A program made the translations under genes and the position numbers. Below, in pieces: positions 47,471 through 56,689 of a DNA stretch of 64,000 bases; position 1 is the first letter of the stretch, and every line of letters starts with the position of its first letter. Under the pieces are notes generated by a model, which saw only the letters and a list, made by a program, of their open reading frames with translations, was not told where the DNA came from and did not search any database. The DNA is from Patescibacteria group bacterium (GTDB taxonomy: Bacteria; Patescibacteriota; Saccharimonadia; Saccharimonadales; UBA4665), in contig JARXKL010000001.1 in assembly GCA_030272735.1 (NCBI GenBank), forward strand, positions 75,571-139,570, given 5' to 3'.

Positions 47471-48564
47471 AAAATCGCTTCTTTCGTAATGTATGCTTTC
47501 AGTATAGTATAGAATTGCTCTAGAGAGGCAGCATCGACCCATTCATTCTCACCATGTAAGTCTCCACCAATAGGTCGAATCATCATCACAGGAATATTCT
47601 TTGCTGCAAAAAACCGAGCGTCCGAACTACCTCTTTCGCTGAGTTCGCCCAGTTCCTGACCTGTTATCTCTTGATAAGATGTTCTGAAGCGATCGATAGC
47701 GTTACTGTCATCCGCATTCGTGAAAGCCTCTGCCTGTCCTATAACTGTGACTGTAAGTCCATAACTCTCCGCCAACCTAGTAACTTCTTCCAACAATACT
47801 TTTGGTTCATCTTCAATTTGGAATCGGATATCAAGTGTTAGCTGCGCCATATGTGGTATCTGATTGATTGCCTCTCCACCCTTAAACTGCGTAATAACAT
47901 AGGTAGTATTGAATTCATCTTTATTCGGGTGTCGAGCAGTGATATCTGTGACAAAATTAGCTAAGGGGATGATTGGATTGTCTGCCTGTCGAGGACGAGA
48001 ACTATGCCCAGCCCTGCCAGATGACGCTATATTGAGTTGCATAACACCTTTTGAAGTGACGCAGGAGTGCGTGCTACTGCCGGCATCGGGGATAAAGCAT
48101 AGTTCGCACTCGTAATCTTTGACCAGCTCCCCTACTCCATAATAGCCACCAATTTCTTCATCACTGGTAAACATAAACCCCACGTCTAAGTTATGCAGCA
48201 AATTCTGTGAGTGTAATTCGCGCGCTAGGCAGAGATATATCGCCGCAGCAAAAAGCATGTCATACACACCTCGCCCATAGAGCTTGTTGCCGTCAATTCT
48301 CAGCGCAAACTGCTCTGTTTCTGCAGGTACTACATCCATATGAGCTTGTAACAAAACTTTGCTTTTGCGGACTGATTTTGTTCCACATACCAAATAGGGG
48401 TACTTATGATTCTTACCACTAACATATTTGATATCTAGAATGCCAATTTGTTTTTCTAGGTAATCAAATAGCAGCGTGGACTTTTGCTCTTCACCGGTTA
48501 CGGGCTCGAAAGCAACCAATATCGTTAGTTCCTTAATTAGTTCTTGCAAAATTCGCACTATCAA
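47467..48564 (-). CDS. M20 family metallopeptidase (ArgE/DapE-like)
   Basis: HMDVVP, GRGVYDM, DEEIGG, SDARFF and H..NEW motifs. Confidence 0.9.
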   Translation of the reverse strand: MIVRILQELIKELTILVAFEPVTGEEQKSTLLFDYLEKQIGILDIKYVSGKNHKYPYLVCGTKSVRKSKVLLQAHMDVVPAETEQFALRIDGNKLYGRGVYDMLFAAAIYLCLARELHSQNLLHNLDVGFMFTSDEEIGGYYGVGELVKDYECELCFIPDAGSSTHSCVTSKGVMQLNIASSGRAGHSSRPRQADNPIIPLANFVTDITARHPNKDEFNTTYVITQFKGGEAINQIPHMAQLTLDIRFQIEDEPKVLLEEVTRLAESYGLTVTVIGQAEAFTNADDSNAIDRFRTSYQEITGQELGELSERGSSDARFFAAKNIPVMMIRPIGGDLHGENEWVDAASLEQFYTILKAYITKEAIL

Positions 48565-49805
48565 TCGGCCTTTCGGCGCTTATGTAGAGCGTGAGCGAGC
48601 ATTCCGAGCATAACGTCCGTTTCATCGATACTAACGCATTCGTCTGTTATGCTTTGGCCGTACTTTAGTTCGCGAGATTTACCAGGAATCAGTTTTTGAT
48701 TACCCCCTAGCAAAAAACTTTCAATCATTACTCCCTTTATTGCTTGCTGGCCATCGTGTACCTGTCGTGCTACATCTGCAATAACTTTCTGTTGATTAGC
48801 TGCTTTTTTACGACTGTTACCATGAGACGCATCCACGATAATGGCTTGTAGCAACCCTTTCTGTCCTAGAACCTTTATAGCTCGGTTAATATGTTCGGCT
48901 TCGTAATTTGGACCGTCAGCATCTCCACGTAAAATGATGTGCGCACTATCATTGCCTGTTGTTTCGATCTGCTTAGTAGTGTTATTCATGCCTACTCCCA
49001 GGAAGGCGTGCGGTCCACGAGCAGTTACAACGGCTTCAGCGGCTGATAGAACGCTACGCTCACCTTCTGCTGTGTTTTTAAAGCCGACAGGCGAAGATGT
49101 GCCAGAACCGTATTCGCGCGCTTTCTGATCTGTTGTATTGCGCATGCCAATCGCGTCGTAAGCTACGAGTCCGTTTACGTACTGTGGTGTGAGTGCGTTT
49201 AAACGCTCCATTCCAGTAGGTACCCCGGTATTCACAATCTGGCTGGTAAGCATGCGAGTTGCTACTAATCCTAAATTGATATCGTCGGATTCGTCGAGTA
49301 AAGGGTCGTACACAAAACCCTTCCAGCCCAGCTCGGTTCGAGGTTTTTCCATGTAAGCGCGCATGATTATCTCAAGGTCATTGCCGTAAGATTCGCGCCA
49401 GGCAATGACGTGAGATGCATATTCTAGCGCTGCTTCAGGATCGTGTATTGAACAAGGTCCAACTATAACTACTAAGCGGTCGTCATCGCCATGCAAGATC
49501 GCTTCTATTGCTGCGCGTGCAATTCTTGTAGTCGCTGCACCTTCTTTAGTCACTGGAAGGGCTTCTGCTAAAGATTCAGGCGCAATCACGGTTTGCTTAC
49601 TTTCTATTCTAGTATCTATCAAATCTTGTGCGTGATCAGTATCAAGAGGCGCATAGCCTAATCGTTCACGGACGCCTGGTAAGCAATTCAGCCGCGCTTC
49701 ATGAGCTGCTTCCTCTACAACGTTCTCTACGACTAATAATTCATCGCGAACGCGAATCGATTCTTCTAGTATAGTGCTGTGATGTAACGCTGTTTCTGGG
49801 GACAT
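48561..49805 (-). CDS. DAHP synthase class I-alpha (AroG/F/H type) with N-terminal extension
   Basis: GPCSIHD, EKPRT..GWKG, PVGFKN, DASHGNS, GVMIES and SITD.C motifs. Confidence 0.95.
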   Translation of the reverse strand: MSPETALHHSTILEESIRVRDELLVVENVVEEAAHEARLNCLPGVRERLGYAPLDTDHAQDLIDTRIESKQTVIAPESLAEALPVTKEGAATTRIARAAIEAILHGDDDRLVVIVGPCSIHDPEAALEYASHVIAWRESYGNDLEIIMRAYMEKPRTELGWKGFVYDPLLDESDDINLGLVATRMLTSQIVNTGVPTGMERLNALTPQYVNGLVAYDAIGMRNTTDQKAREYGSGTSSPVGFKNTAEGERSVLSAAEAVVTARGPHAFLGVGMNNTTKQIETTGNDSAHIILRGDADGPNYEAEHINRAIKVLGQKGLLQAIIVDASHGNSRKKAANQQKVIADVARQVHDGQQAIKGVMIESFLLGGNQKLIPGKSRELKYGQSITDECVSIDETDVMLGMLAHALHKRRKAD

Positions 49806-49831
49806 ACTATTCTCGTTTCATATATTGTTAT

Positions 49832-49857
49832 AAAAAAACCGCCTCATTGGCGGTTAT
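49832..49857 (-). terminator. Attenuator terminator upstream of DAHP synthase
   Basis: AACCGCC-AATGA-GGCGGTT followed by T-run. Confidence 0.87.
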
Positions 49858-49876
49858 GTGTGATTGCTGGTAGTGC

Positions 49877-49954
49877 TTATGCAGATACAGCGAGATAACC
49901 GCTTGGATAATACGGTGTAAACCAATATGCGCAGTTTTGCTGGTTGCTTGACAT
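49877..49954 (-). CDS. Aromatic amino acid leader peptide MSSNQQNCAYWFTPYYPSGYLAVSA
   Basis: ATG 7 nt after TTGACA-17-TATATT; Y-W-F..YY..Y cluster; GCGGTTAT antiterminator arm. Confidence 0.85.
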   Translation of the reverse strand: MSSNQQNCAYWFTPYYPSGYLAVSA

Positions 49955-49994
49955 AAGGGCTAATATACACCCTGTACTAAATCATGTCAATTTA

Positions 49995-50732
49995 CTAAAT
50001 AATACCGAGACTGTATTCAATTACTGTGGCAACGTGTCCATGATTAGTAACCTGAACAGCTGGGGCAAGATTAACGTCCCACATTGCCCGCACAAGTTCC
50101 TGGCCAGACTCGTATGGTATATACTTGTCGCGCTGTGCGAGGACTACCGAAAGGTTATGGCCCACTAATGCTTCGACGTGTTTGGCGGGAGCAAGATTTG
50201 ACCATGCCCCATCATTTAATGCTTTGACTGTGTAGCCTTTCTCTTTATACCCATCACTCATTCGCTGAGTTCGTTGACCGTTCATAAACGGCCACGCTAG
50301 GGTCGCACCGGGCACTACCATAGCTACATTATTGAACAACTGTGTTCTTGCTGTAACTAAGCTCAACGCAACATTTCCTAAGCTAAAACCAACAAGATTG
50401 ATATTTTTAAAATCAGCTTGTTGTTTATCAATTTCCGCAGCAATGACATCAGCTGTATATTCGAAAGAATCTGCAACCATCTGTGCGTTATACGAAAGCA
50501 TTCTATGGTCGAAGTTATAGAGCATAGAGCTGCTCTTGTTGAATGCGAGTCTTGCTTGCAAGATTTTTGAAAGTGAGTTAGAGGCGTGCCATGGAGGAAA
50601 AACAATTGTTAAGGTGTTGCTATTTTTAACATCACACGATATGACCTCAACGATTGAGTCTTGAGGTTCGAAGCCTGGCATATGCTCGGGTTCGTAACGT
50701 TGAAATGCTTTAGATAGTACTGTATCAATCAT
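49995..50732 (-). CDS. Alpha/beta hydrolase fold protein
   Basis: GFSLG elbow, D(KYIP) and GH catalytic triad pattern. Confidence 0.7.
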   Translation of the reverse strand: MIDTVLSKAFQRYEPEHMPGFEPQDSIVEVISCDVKNSNTLTIVFPPWHASNSLSKILQARLAFNKSSSMLYNFDHRMLSYNAQMVADSFEYTADVIAAEIDKQQADFKNINLVGFSLGNVALSLVTARTQLFNNVAMVVPGATLAWPFMNGQRTQRMSDGYKEKGYTVKALNDGAWSNLAPAKHVEALVGHNLSVVLAQRDKYIPYESGQELVRAMWDVNLAPAVQVTNHGHVATVIEYSLGII

Positions 50733-50794
50733 GTAATATCTCGGACCGAATTACTAGAACTTTACTCTCGGAGTTACAAATGAATTTACGAGTA

Positions 50795-51193
50795 TTAACG
50801 CTTAGTAAATTGGCGTTGTTTGCGAGCGCCTTTGAGGCCGAACTTCTTTCGTTCACGTTCGCGTGCATCGCGAGTAAGAAGGTCAGCGCGCTTGAGGGTG
50901 CTCTTGAGATTTTCGTCCATTACGACGAGTGCCTTCGAGATACCTAAACGGATTGCTTCAACCTGACCTTCGTGGCCGCCACCTGATACCACTACGGTAA
51001 CATCGAACTTGCCGGTATTATCGAGAGCTACAAATGGTTGGTCCAGCTTAGCTAGGAGGTATTTGCTGTCAGCAAAATATTCGCTGGCTGGTTGACCGTT
51101 AATGGTCACATTGCCTTTGCCGCCCATAAGGCGCACGCGAGCTGTTGCACTCTTGCGGCGACCTAAAGCGTAGAAATAACTGTCTTTAGCCAT
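50795..51193 (-). CDS. rpsI: 30S ribosomal protein S9
   Basis: GRRKSATARV and ERKKFGLKGARK motifs. Confidence 0.98.
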   Translation of the reverse strand: MAKDSYFYALGRRKSATARVRLMGGKGNVTINGQPASEYFADSKYLLAKLDQPFVALDNTGKFDVTVVVSGGGHEGQVEAIRLGISKALVVMDENLKSTLKRADLLTRDARERERKKFGLKGARKQRQFTKR

Positions 51194-51633
51194 TATTTAA
51201 TATCCTTAAGTGTTATTGTAATAGGCTTTTGGGCTGCATGCTTGTGTTCAGCATCTGGGTAAACTTTAAGGCGAAGTAAGCGGTCATCGCGCAACTTGTT
51301 AACTGGTAACATACCTCGCACAGCTTTGGTGATGGCAAATATTGGATCTTTGATCATTTTGTCATCGAAGCTCGTAGAGGTTAAGCCACTCGGGTGGCCG
51401 CTATGCTTGTGGTAGATCTTTTTCTGACCTTTATCGCCGGTTACAAACGTGTTCTGAGCATTAATGATGATGACAAAATCGCCTACATCGATGTGCTTCG
51501 TGAACATTGGCTTGTTCTTTCCGGTGAGGAGTTTAGAGACCTGCGTTGCTACACGGCCAAGTGGTGCTTCTCCAGCATCTACGACATACCATTGGCGAGT
51601 TACATCGGTTGGTTTAGCGCTAAAGGTTTTCAT
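51193..51633 (-). CDS. rplM: 50S ribosomal protein L13
   Basis: WYVVDA..LGRVAT and AVRGMLP motifs. Confidence 0.98.
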   Translation of the reverse strand: MKTFSAKPTDVTRQWYVVDAGEAPLGRVATQVSKLLTGKNKPMFTKHIDVGDFVIIINAQNTFVTGDKGQKKIYHKHSGHPSGLTSTSFDDKMIKDPIFAITKAVRGMLPVNKLRDDRLLRLKVYPDAEHKHAAQKPITITLKDIK

Positions 51634-52139
51634 TATTTAGCCTCCTTGGCAGCTGGCTTTGTAGCCGCAGGCTTCTTGGCTGCTGGTTTCTTAAGGGTTT
51701 CTACGATTTCACCTTCAGTTACAGTAGCTGAAGATGCTGCTGCAGCTGTAGTAGCAGCGCGAGCAACCGGTGCCGAACCTAAGTCGTCGACAAAACTTAC
51801 GCGAGCTAGCTGGGCGTTGTCGCCGCGGCGCATGCTCGTCTTAACGATACGTAAGTGACCGCTACTGCGCGCACCGAGCTTTGGTGCAATCTCGTCGACG
51901 AGTTTGTGGGCGCTGGCTATGGTTTGCAAGCTGGCGACGATCTGTCGGCGATTATGTAAGTCACCTTTTTTAGCTTTGGTAATGAGTTTCTCTACATATG
52001 GCACTATTTCTTTGGCTTTAGGAAGAGTAGTTTCAATAGACTCGTACTTTACAAGCGAATCAGCCAGCCCCTTAATCAACGCGCGACGCTGATCACGTTC
52101 TCTATGAAATTTACGTCCTTGATATCCGTGACGATGCAT
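51633..52139 (-). CDS. rplQ: 50S ribosomal protein L17
   Basis: IETTLPKAKE and RRGDNA motifs. Confidence 0.97.
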   Translation of the reverse strand: MHRHGYQGRKFHRERDQRRALIKGLADSLVKYESIETTLPKAKEIVPYVEKLITKAKKGDLHNRRQIVASLQTIASAHKLVDEIAPKLGARSSGHLRIVKTSMRRGDNAQLARVSFVDDLGSAPVARAATTAAAASSATVTEGEIVETLKKPAAKKPAATKPAAKEAK

Positions 52140-53093
52140 CTAAAGCTCCAACTCTGCTAACTTTTCTTTAACTTCATCAAGAGCTTTACTACCGAAACCT
52201 TTAAGGTCGCGGAGTTCAGCGTCATTCAGGGCAAACAGGTCACGAATAGTGTGGATATCGTTGTTGATGAGGGCATTGGTAGTACGTGCAGACAGGTTAA
52301 GGTCTTCAATAGATGTGCTCAAAGCTGTAGACTCGTCGCCGATCATATCTGAACCAAACTCGTCATTGTTAGAAGTGTTGTCGCTGACAGGTTCTGCAGC
52401 AGAAACGCGGGTTTTTCCGGCAAGTGCAGTGTACTGGTTAACAAGAACTGCTGATGCTTCTTCGAATGCATCTTGAGGAGTGATCGAACCGTCGGTTTCA
52501 ACAGTGATCAGCAAACGGTCGAGGTCTGTTGCCTGGCCGACACGGGTGTTCTCAACCTTGTAACGTACGCGCACAACTGGGCTGAAGATCGCATCAACAG
52601 CGACCATGTCGCTGGGCTTTTTAGCAGCAACTTCTTCGATGGTACGGTAGCCGCGTCCGACTTCGACGATGAGGTCGATGACGAGTTTAGCTTTAGCATC
52701 ATCAATAGTTGCAATGACGTGGTCAGGGTTTACGATTTCTACATCAGCATTGGTTTCAATGTCTTTTGCGGTAACAGGACCTTTACCACTCTTAGTAATG
52801 CGAAGGGTTTGTGATTCGCCGCCGTATATACGGAAACGAACACCTTTGAGGTTCATCATGATGTCGACGACGTCTTCCTTGATACCGCTTACAGCAGTGA
52901 ATTCGTGCGTGACACCTTCGATTTTGAATGATGTTACAGCAGCACCGGAAATGCTCGAGAGCAATACACGGCGAAGGCTGTTACCCAGTGTCATACCGTA
53001 ACCACTGTGAAGTGGTTCGATGGCGAAGGTAGCGCTGGTTGCGCTGTGATCGTCAACTTTGACGATACCTGGAGTGTGAATGATATTTGACAT
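52140..53093 (-). CDS. rpoA: RNA polymerase alpha subunit
   Basis: GYGMTLGNSLRRVLLSS and alpha-CTD. Confidence 0.98.
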   Translation of the reverse strand: MSNIIHTPGIVKVDDHSATSATFAIEPLHSGYGMTLGNSLRRVLLSSISGAAVTSFKIEGVTHEFTAVSGIKEDVVDIMMNLKGVRFRIYGGESQTLRITKSGKGPVTAKDIETNADVEIVNPDHVIATIDDAKAKLVIDLIVEVGRGYRTIEEVAAKKPSDMVAVDAIFSPVVRVRYKVENTRVGQATDLDRLLITVETDGSITPQDAFEEASAVLVNQYTALAGKTRVSAAEPVSDNTSNNDEFGSDMIGDESTALSTSIEDLNLSARTTNALINNDIHTIRDLFALNDAELRDLKGFGSKALDEVKEKLAELEL

Positions 53094-53112
53094 GGCGAGT
53101 GGTGCTCCTTCT

Positions 53113-53736
53113 TTAGCGTGAATAGTACTCTACGATTAGTTGCTCATTAATTTCCAGTTCAGCGTCTTCTCGCGCAGGAGTGCCGGTTATTGAAACCGAT
53201 ACTTTTTTGCGATCAACTTTTAACCAACCTGGGGTTTCACTTGGGACGGGACTGACTTCATCAAGTTTCTTGAAATACTCAGTTTTAAGAGCATGGGGAC
53301 GAGCAGTAAGAACGTCTCCAGGCTTTAAACGAATAGACGGAATGTCGACACGGGTGTCATTGAGTAGGAAGTGGCCATGGGTAACTAACTGTCTTGCTGC
53401 ACGACGACTTGGGGCGAATCCTGCGCGGTACACGGCGTTATCTGCACGCTGCTCTAAATACTGCAACAGGTTTTGACCAGACTGACCTTGGCGCTTGGTA
53501 GCTTCTTTCATGAGGTTGCTGAATTGCTTTTCAAGTAAACCGTATAAACGCTTTACCTTTTGCTTTTCGCGCAGCTGCAATGAATACTGGCTGGCTTTGC
53601 TGTTACGTCCACCACGGGCGTTCGGGTTTGCACCAGGCATTCCAGTTCGCTTAACGAGGGCTTTGTGCGCCTTCGGATGCAGCGCATAGCCTTCTCGGCG
53701 GCTCATTTTAACAATAGATTGACGATCTCGAGCCAT
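53113..53736 (-). CDS. rpsD: 30S ribosomal protein S4
   Basis: QLREKQK, ARQLVTHGH and LIVEYYSR motifs. Confidence 0.98.
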   Translation of the reverse strand: MARDRQSIVKMSRREGYALHPKAHKALVKRTGMPGANPNARGGRNSKASQYSLQLREKQKVKRLYGLLEKQFSNLMKEATKRQGQSGQNLLQYLEQRADNAVYRAGFAPSRRAARQLVTHGHFLLNDTRVDIPSIRLKPGDVLTARPHALKTEYFKKLDEVSPVPSETPGWLKVDRKKVSVSITGTPAREDAELEINEQLIVEYYSR

Positions 53737-53738
53737 GG

Positions 53739-54131
53739 TTAGATCCTCCGTGCTTTCTTAGGACGTACGCCACCGTGCGGAACACCGGTAACATCCTTGA
53801 TAGTTTCTACGGCAATATCCATACCAGCTAGTACGCGAACTGCAGCATCGCGGCCGAGTCCGATTCCTTTAATGAACACTTCTGCGCGGTTGAAACCATA
53901 TTGTTGCTTTGCAGCGGTAGCTGCGCGCTCTGCGGCAACCTGGGCTGCATAGGCCGTACCTTTTTTGGAACCACGGAAACCACATGCACCTGAGCTAGAA
54001 GCGGTCAGTTTATTGCCGCTACCATCAGTAAAGGTGATGATGGTGTTATTGAAGGTTGCTTGCACGTGGACTTGGCCACTGCTAACAACGCGTTTAGCTT
54101 TTTTCTTCTTGGATTGTGTTGCTTCTGCCAT
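53739..54131 (-). CDS. rpsK: 30S ribosomal protein S11
   Basis: ATFNNTIIT and DVTGVPHGG motifs. Confidence 0.98.
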   Translation of the reverse strand: MAEATQSKKKKAKRVVSSGQVHVQATFNNTIITFTDGSGNKLTASSSGACGFRGSKKGTAYAAQVAAERAATAAKQQYGFNRAEVFIKGIGLGRDAAVRVLAGMDIAVETIKDVTGVPHGGVRPKKARRI

Positions 54132-54149
54132 AAATATATTTCCTCAGAC

Positions 54150-54536
54150 CTAAGTCTTAGATGCTACCTTCTTAGCGGTTCCACCAACAGTTGATTTCTT
54201 ACCACGACGGGTACGGGCGTTGGTTTTGGTGCGTTGTCCACGAGATGGCAAATTCTGACTGTGGCGCATGCCACGGTAAGACTTGATCTCTTTTAAGCGC
54301 TTAATATTGCCACTTACAATACGCTGTAATTCGCCTTCTACAACGAGGTCGGCGTTTATTACGTCTTGAATGCGAGCAATCTCGGCATCAGTCAGCTTTT
54401 CAACGCGTGCAGTAGTCTCAACCTTAGCTGCGGTTAAAATGTCGAGCGAAGTTTTTTCGCCAATGCCGTAGACGTAAGTCAATGCGACCCAGATCTGCTT
54501 CTTGGCTGGAATGGTTACACCAGAAATTCTTGCCAT
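54150..54536 (-). CDS. rpsM: 30S ribosomal protein S13
   Basis: MARISGV and RGQRTKTNARTR motifs. Confidence 0.98.
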   Translation of the reverse strand: MARISGVTIPAKKQIWVALTYVYGIGEKTSLDILTAAKVETTARVEKLTDAEIARIQDVINADLVVEGELQRIVSGNIKRLKEIKSYRGMRHSQNLPSRGQRTKTNARTRRGKKSTVGGTAKKVASKT

Positions 54537-54538
54537 GT

Positions 54539-54655
54539 TTAACCCTGCCTCTGCTTATGCTTAGGTTTCAATTTATTGATAACGTACAAACGCCCTTTGC
54601 GACGAACAATCTTGTCGTCTGGACTGATTTTTTTAACACTAGCACGCACCTTCAT
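54539..54655 (-). CDS. rpmJ: 50S ribosomal protein L36 (Zn-free; not in ORF track)
   Basis: Translates [38 protein letters not shown]. Confidence 0.96.
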   Translation of the reverse strand: MKVRASVKKISPDDKIVRRKGRLYVINKLKPKHKQRQG

Positions 54656-54712
54656 GCGGATCATCCTTTCATGTCGGAGTGACACACTGCTTAAATTTAT
54701 TATAAAATTTAC

Positions 54713-54833
54713 TAACAATTTTTAAGTAGGGCGGCTTTGGATGATTTGGGAAGCCCGTAAGCGAGTCGTACTAGATGTACGACGAGTGCGGACTGGACCA
54801 GATCGCCAGAGAAGTGCTACTAAAAAATTGTTA
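54713..54833. mobile_element. ~121-bp palindromic MITE-like (ERIC/RPE-like) element
   Basis: Terminal IR TAACAATTTTTAAGTAG / CTACTAAAAAATTGTTA, central GTCGTAC-TAGAT-GTACGAC, TA ends. Confidence 0.65.
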
Positions 54834-55052
54834 AGACTTGCGATAGGTGATTCTGCCCTTAGTAAGATCATAAGGGGTCAACTCAACCGTAACGCTATCA
54901 CCGGGGACAATCCTGATAAAGTGCTTTCGCATTTTACCGGCAACATGAGCTATGATTTTATGGCCGTTTTCGAGCTCTACGCGAAACTGAGTCCCTGGTA
55001 AGGTCTCAATAATTGTGCCGGTAAGCTCGATTACTTCTTTATTAACTGCCAT
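54831..55052 (-). CDS. infA: Translation initiation factor IF-1
   Basis: [13 protein letters not shown] and [11 protein letters not shown] motifs. Confidence 0.98.
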   Translation of the reverse strand: MAVNKEVIELTGTIIETLPGTQFRVELENGHKIIAHVAGKMRKHFIRIVPGDSVTVELTPYDLTKGRITYRKS

Positions 55053-55110
55053 AAATATAACTAAGGTCTAACTATAGCACGCAATACAACATTTTGTAAA
55101 GTGTTTTTTA

Positions 55111-56619
55111 TTATTTGCTCTTCTTAGAACGATCTAATAATCGACGGCCAAATTTGAGGCGTCGACTGCCTGGTGAAGCAGCAGCTTCAGTATCTGTTGT
55201 GTCGTAGAAAAAGTCGGGCTGTGAGTACTGATCGTATGTAACCATCAAGGAGCGCGATTCAACTGCTCTCAGCGTCTGTAGTGCAACTGATACCAAGATC
55301 AAGACGCTGGTGCCGCCGATAGCAATACTCTGGTTGACGAATAGTTGTCCGATAATTGGGAATAGTGCTAATAAACCTAGGCTGAGCGCACCAAAGAATG
55401 TTAAGCGGTTAACGATACGGCTCAGATGCTTCTCGGTTTGCACTCCAGATCGTACGCCTTCTAAGAATCCACCCTGCTTCTGTAAGTTTTCGGCGATTTC
55501 CTGGGAGTTAAAGGTAATACTCGTATAGAAGAAGGTAAACGTGAAAACGAGCAAGAAGTATGTAACTGGATATATATAGGCCTGCCAACCCATAGTATGG
55601 AATGTCTGTGCAGACGGCGTCGTGAACCATGTAGTAAGATGCTTAGCGAATTCTGCGATACGGGCACTGTGGTTGCTACTGAGCAGCTGGCCAACGAAGC
55701 TCGGGACACTTAAGAACGCAACGGCGAAGATTATTGGAACTACTCCGGCAGTAATCAGTTTGACGGGAAGTACGGTTGTTATACCTCCATACGCTCGGTT
55801 GCCTTGCACACGTTTTGCATAGTTTACCGTCAGGTTACGTGACGCTTCATTGAGCATGACCACGAGATACGTCACTACAAGCACTGCGAAAGCTAATGCC
55901 ACGGCAGTTATGAGGGCATGCTTATTCAGCGGTAAGCTGTGACCAAAGGCCGTAATGTGATCTTTTTTGTTATATACAGAGCCAACAATTCTCGAGATCT
56001 GACCGGGCAATCCACTGACTATGCCAACGGTAATAAGCAGCGAAATACCGTTGCCGACGCTTTGCTCGGTTACGAGTTCACCCAGCCACATAAGCAGCAT
56101 TGAACCGCCAGAAAGAGCTGCAACCATTAGTATCCACTGTCCGGGAGTAGTATTTGCGGTAATATCTCCAATACCTCCGATGGACTGCGCCGCCTGACGT
56201 ATCAAATAAATTGAACCGATTGACTGAATAATTGACAACGGCAAGGTAAGCATGCGGGTGTATTGGTTAATTTTCTTCTGCCCAAACTCGCCTTCTTTAC
56301 GTAGGGCTTCGAGCTGCGGAATAGCTTTGGTGAGCAGTTGCATAATGATTGAGGCGTTAATGTATGGGCCGAGGCCAGCAATCATAATAGAGAAGTTAGC
56401 AAGAGCGCCGCCAGAAAGGACGTTGATAAAGCTCAAAAGCTGGGGAGTATTAGCTGAATTAAAAAGCTTCTGCAGTACCGTATGCAGGGTCTGAGGATCA
56501 GCTAACGGAACAGGAATATGTGCAAGTATACGGAAAATAAGTAAGACTGCGAGTACCACTAAAATGCGGCCGCGCATGTCTTTATGCGTTAGTGACTTCC
56601 CTATAATTTTCCAGTTCAT
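55111..56619 (-). CDS. secY: Preprotein translocase SecY
   Basis: PYINASII, GNGISL, AGVVPIIFA and GGTSVLI motifs. Confidence 0.98.
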   Translation of the reverse strand: MNWKIIGKSLTHKDMRGRILVVLAVLLIFRILAHIPVPLADPQTLHTVLQKLFNSANTPQLLSFINVLSGGALANFSIMIAGLGPYINASIIMQLLTKAIPQLEALRKEGEFGQKKINQYTRMLTLPLSIIQSIGSIYLIRQAAQSIGGIGDITANTTPGQWILMVAALSGGSMLLMWLGELVTEQSVGNGISLLITVGIVSGLPGQISRIVGSVYNKKDHITAFGHSLPLNKHALITAVALAFAVLVVTYLVVMLNEASRNLTVNYAKRVQGNRAYGGITTVLPVKLITAGVVPIIFAVAFLSVPSFVGQLLSSNHSARIAEFAKHLTTWFTTPSAQTFHTMGWQAYIYPVTYFLLVFTFTFFYTSITFNSQEIAENLQKQGGFLEGVRSGVQTEKHLSRIVNRLTFFGALSLGLLALFPIIGQLFVNQSIAIGGTSVLILVSVALQTLRAVESRSLMVTYDQYSQPDFFYDTTDTEAAASPGSRRLKFGRRLLDRSKKSK

Positions 56620-56689
56620 GTTTCTCTCAAATCAGTTTCAACAAGTAATACCAACAGTATGCCATAAACTGCTGCCTAGATGAAGCAAT

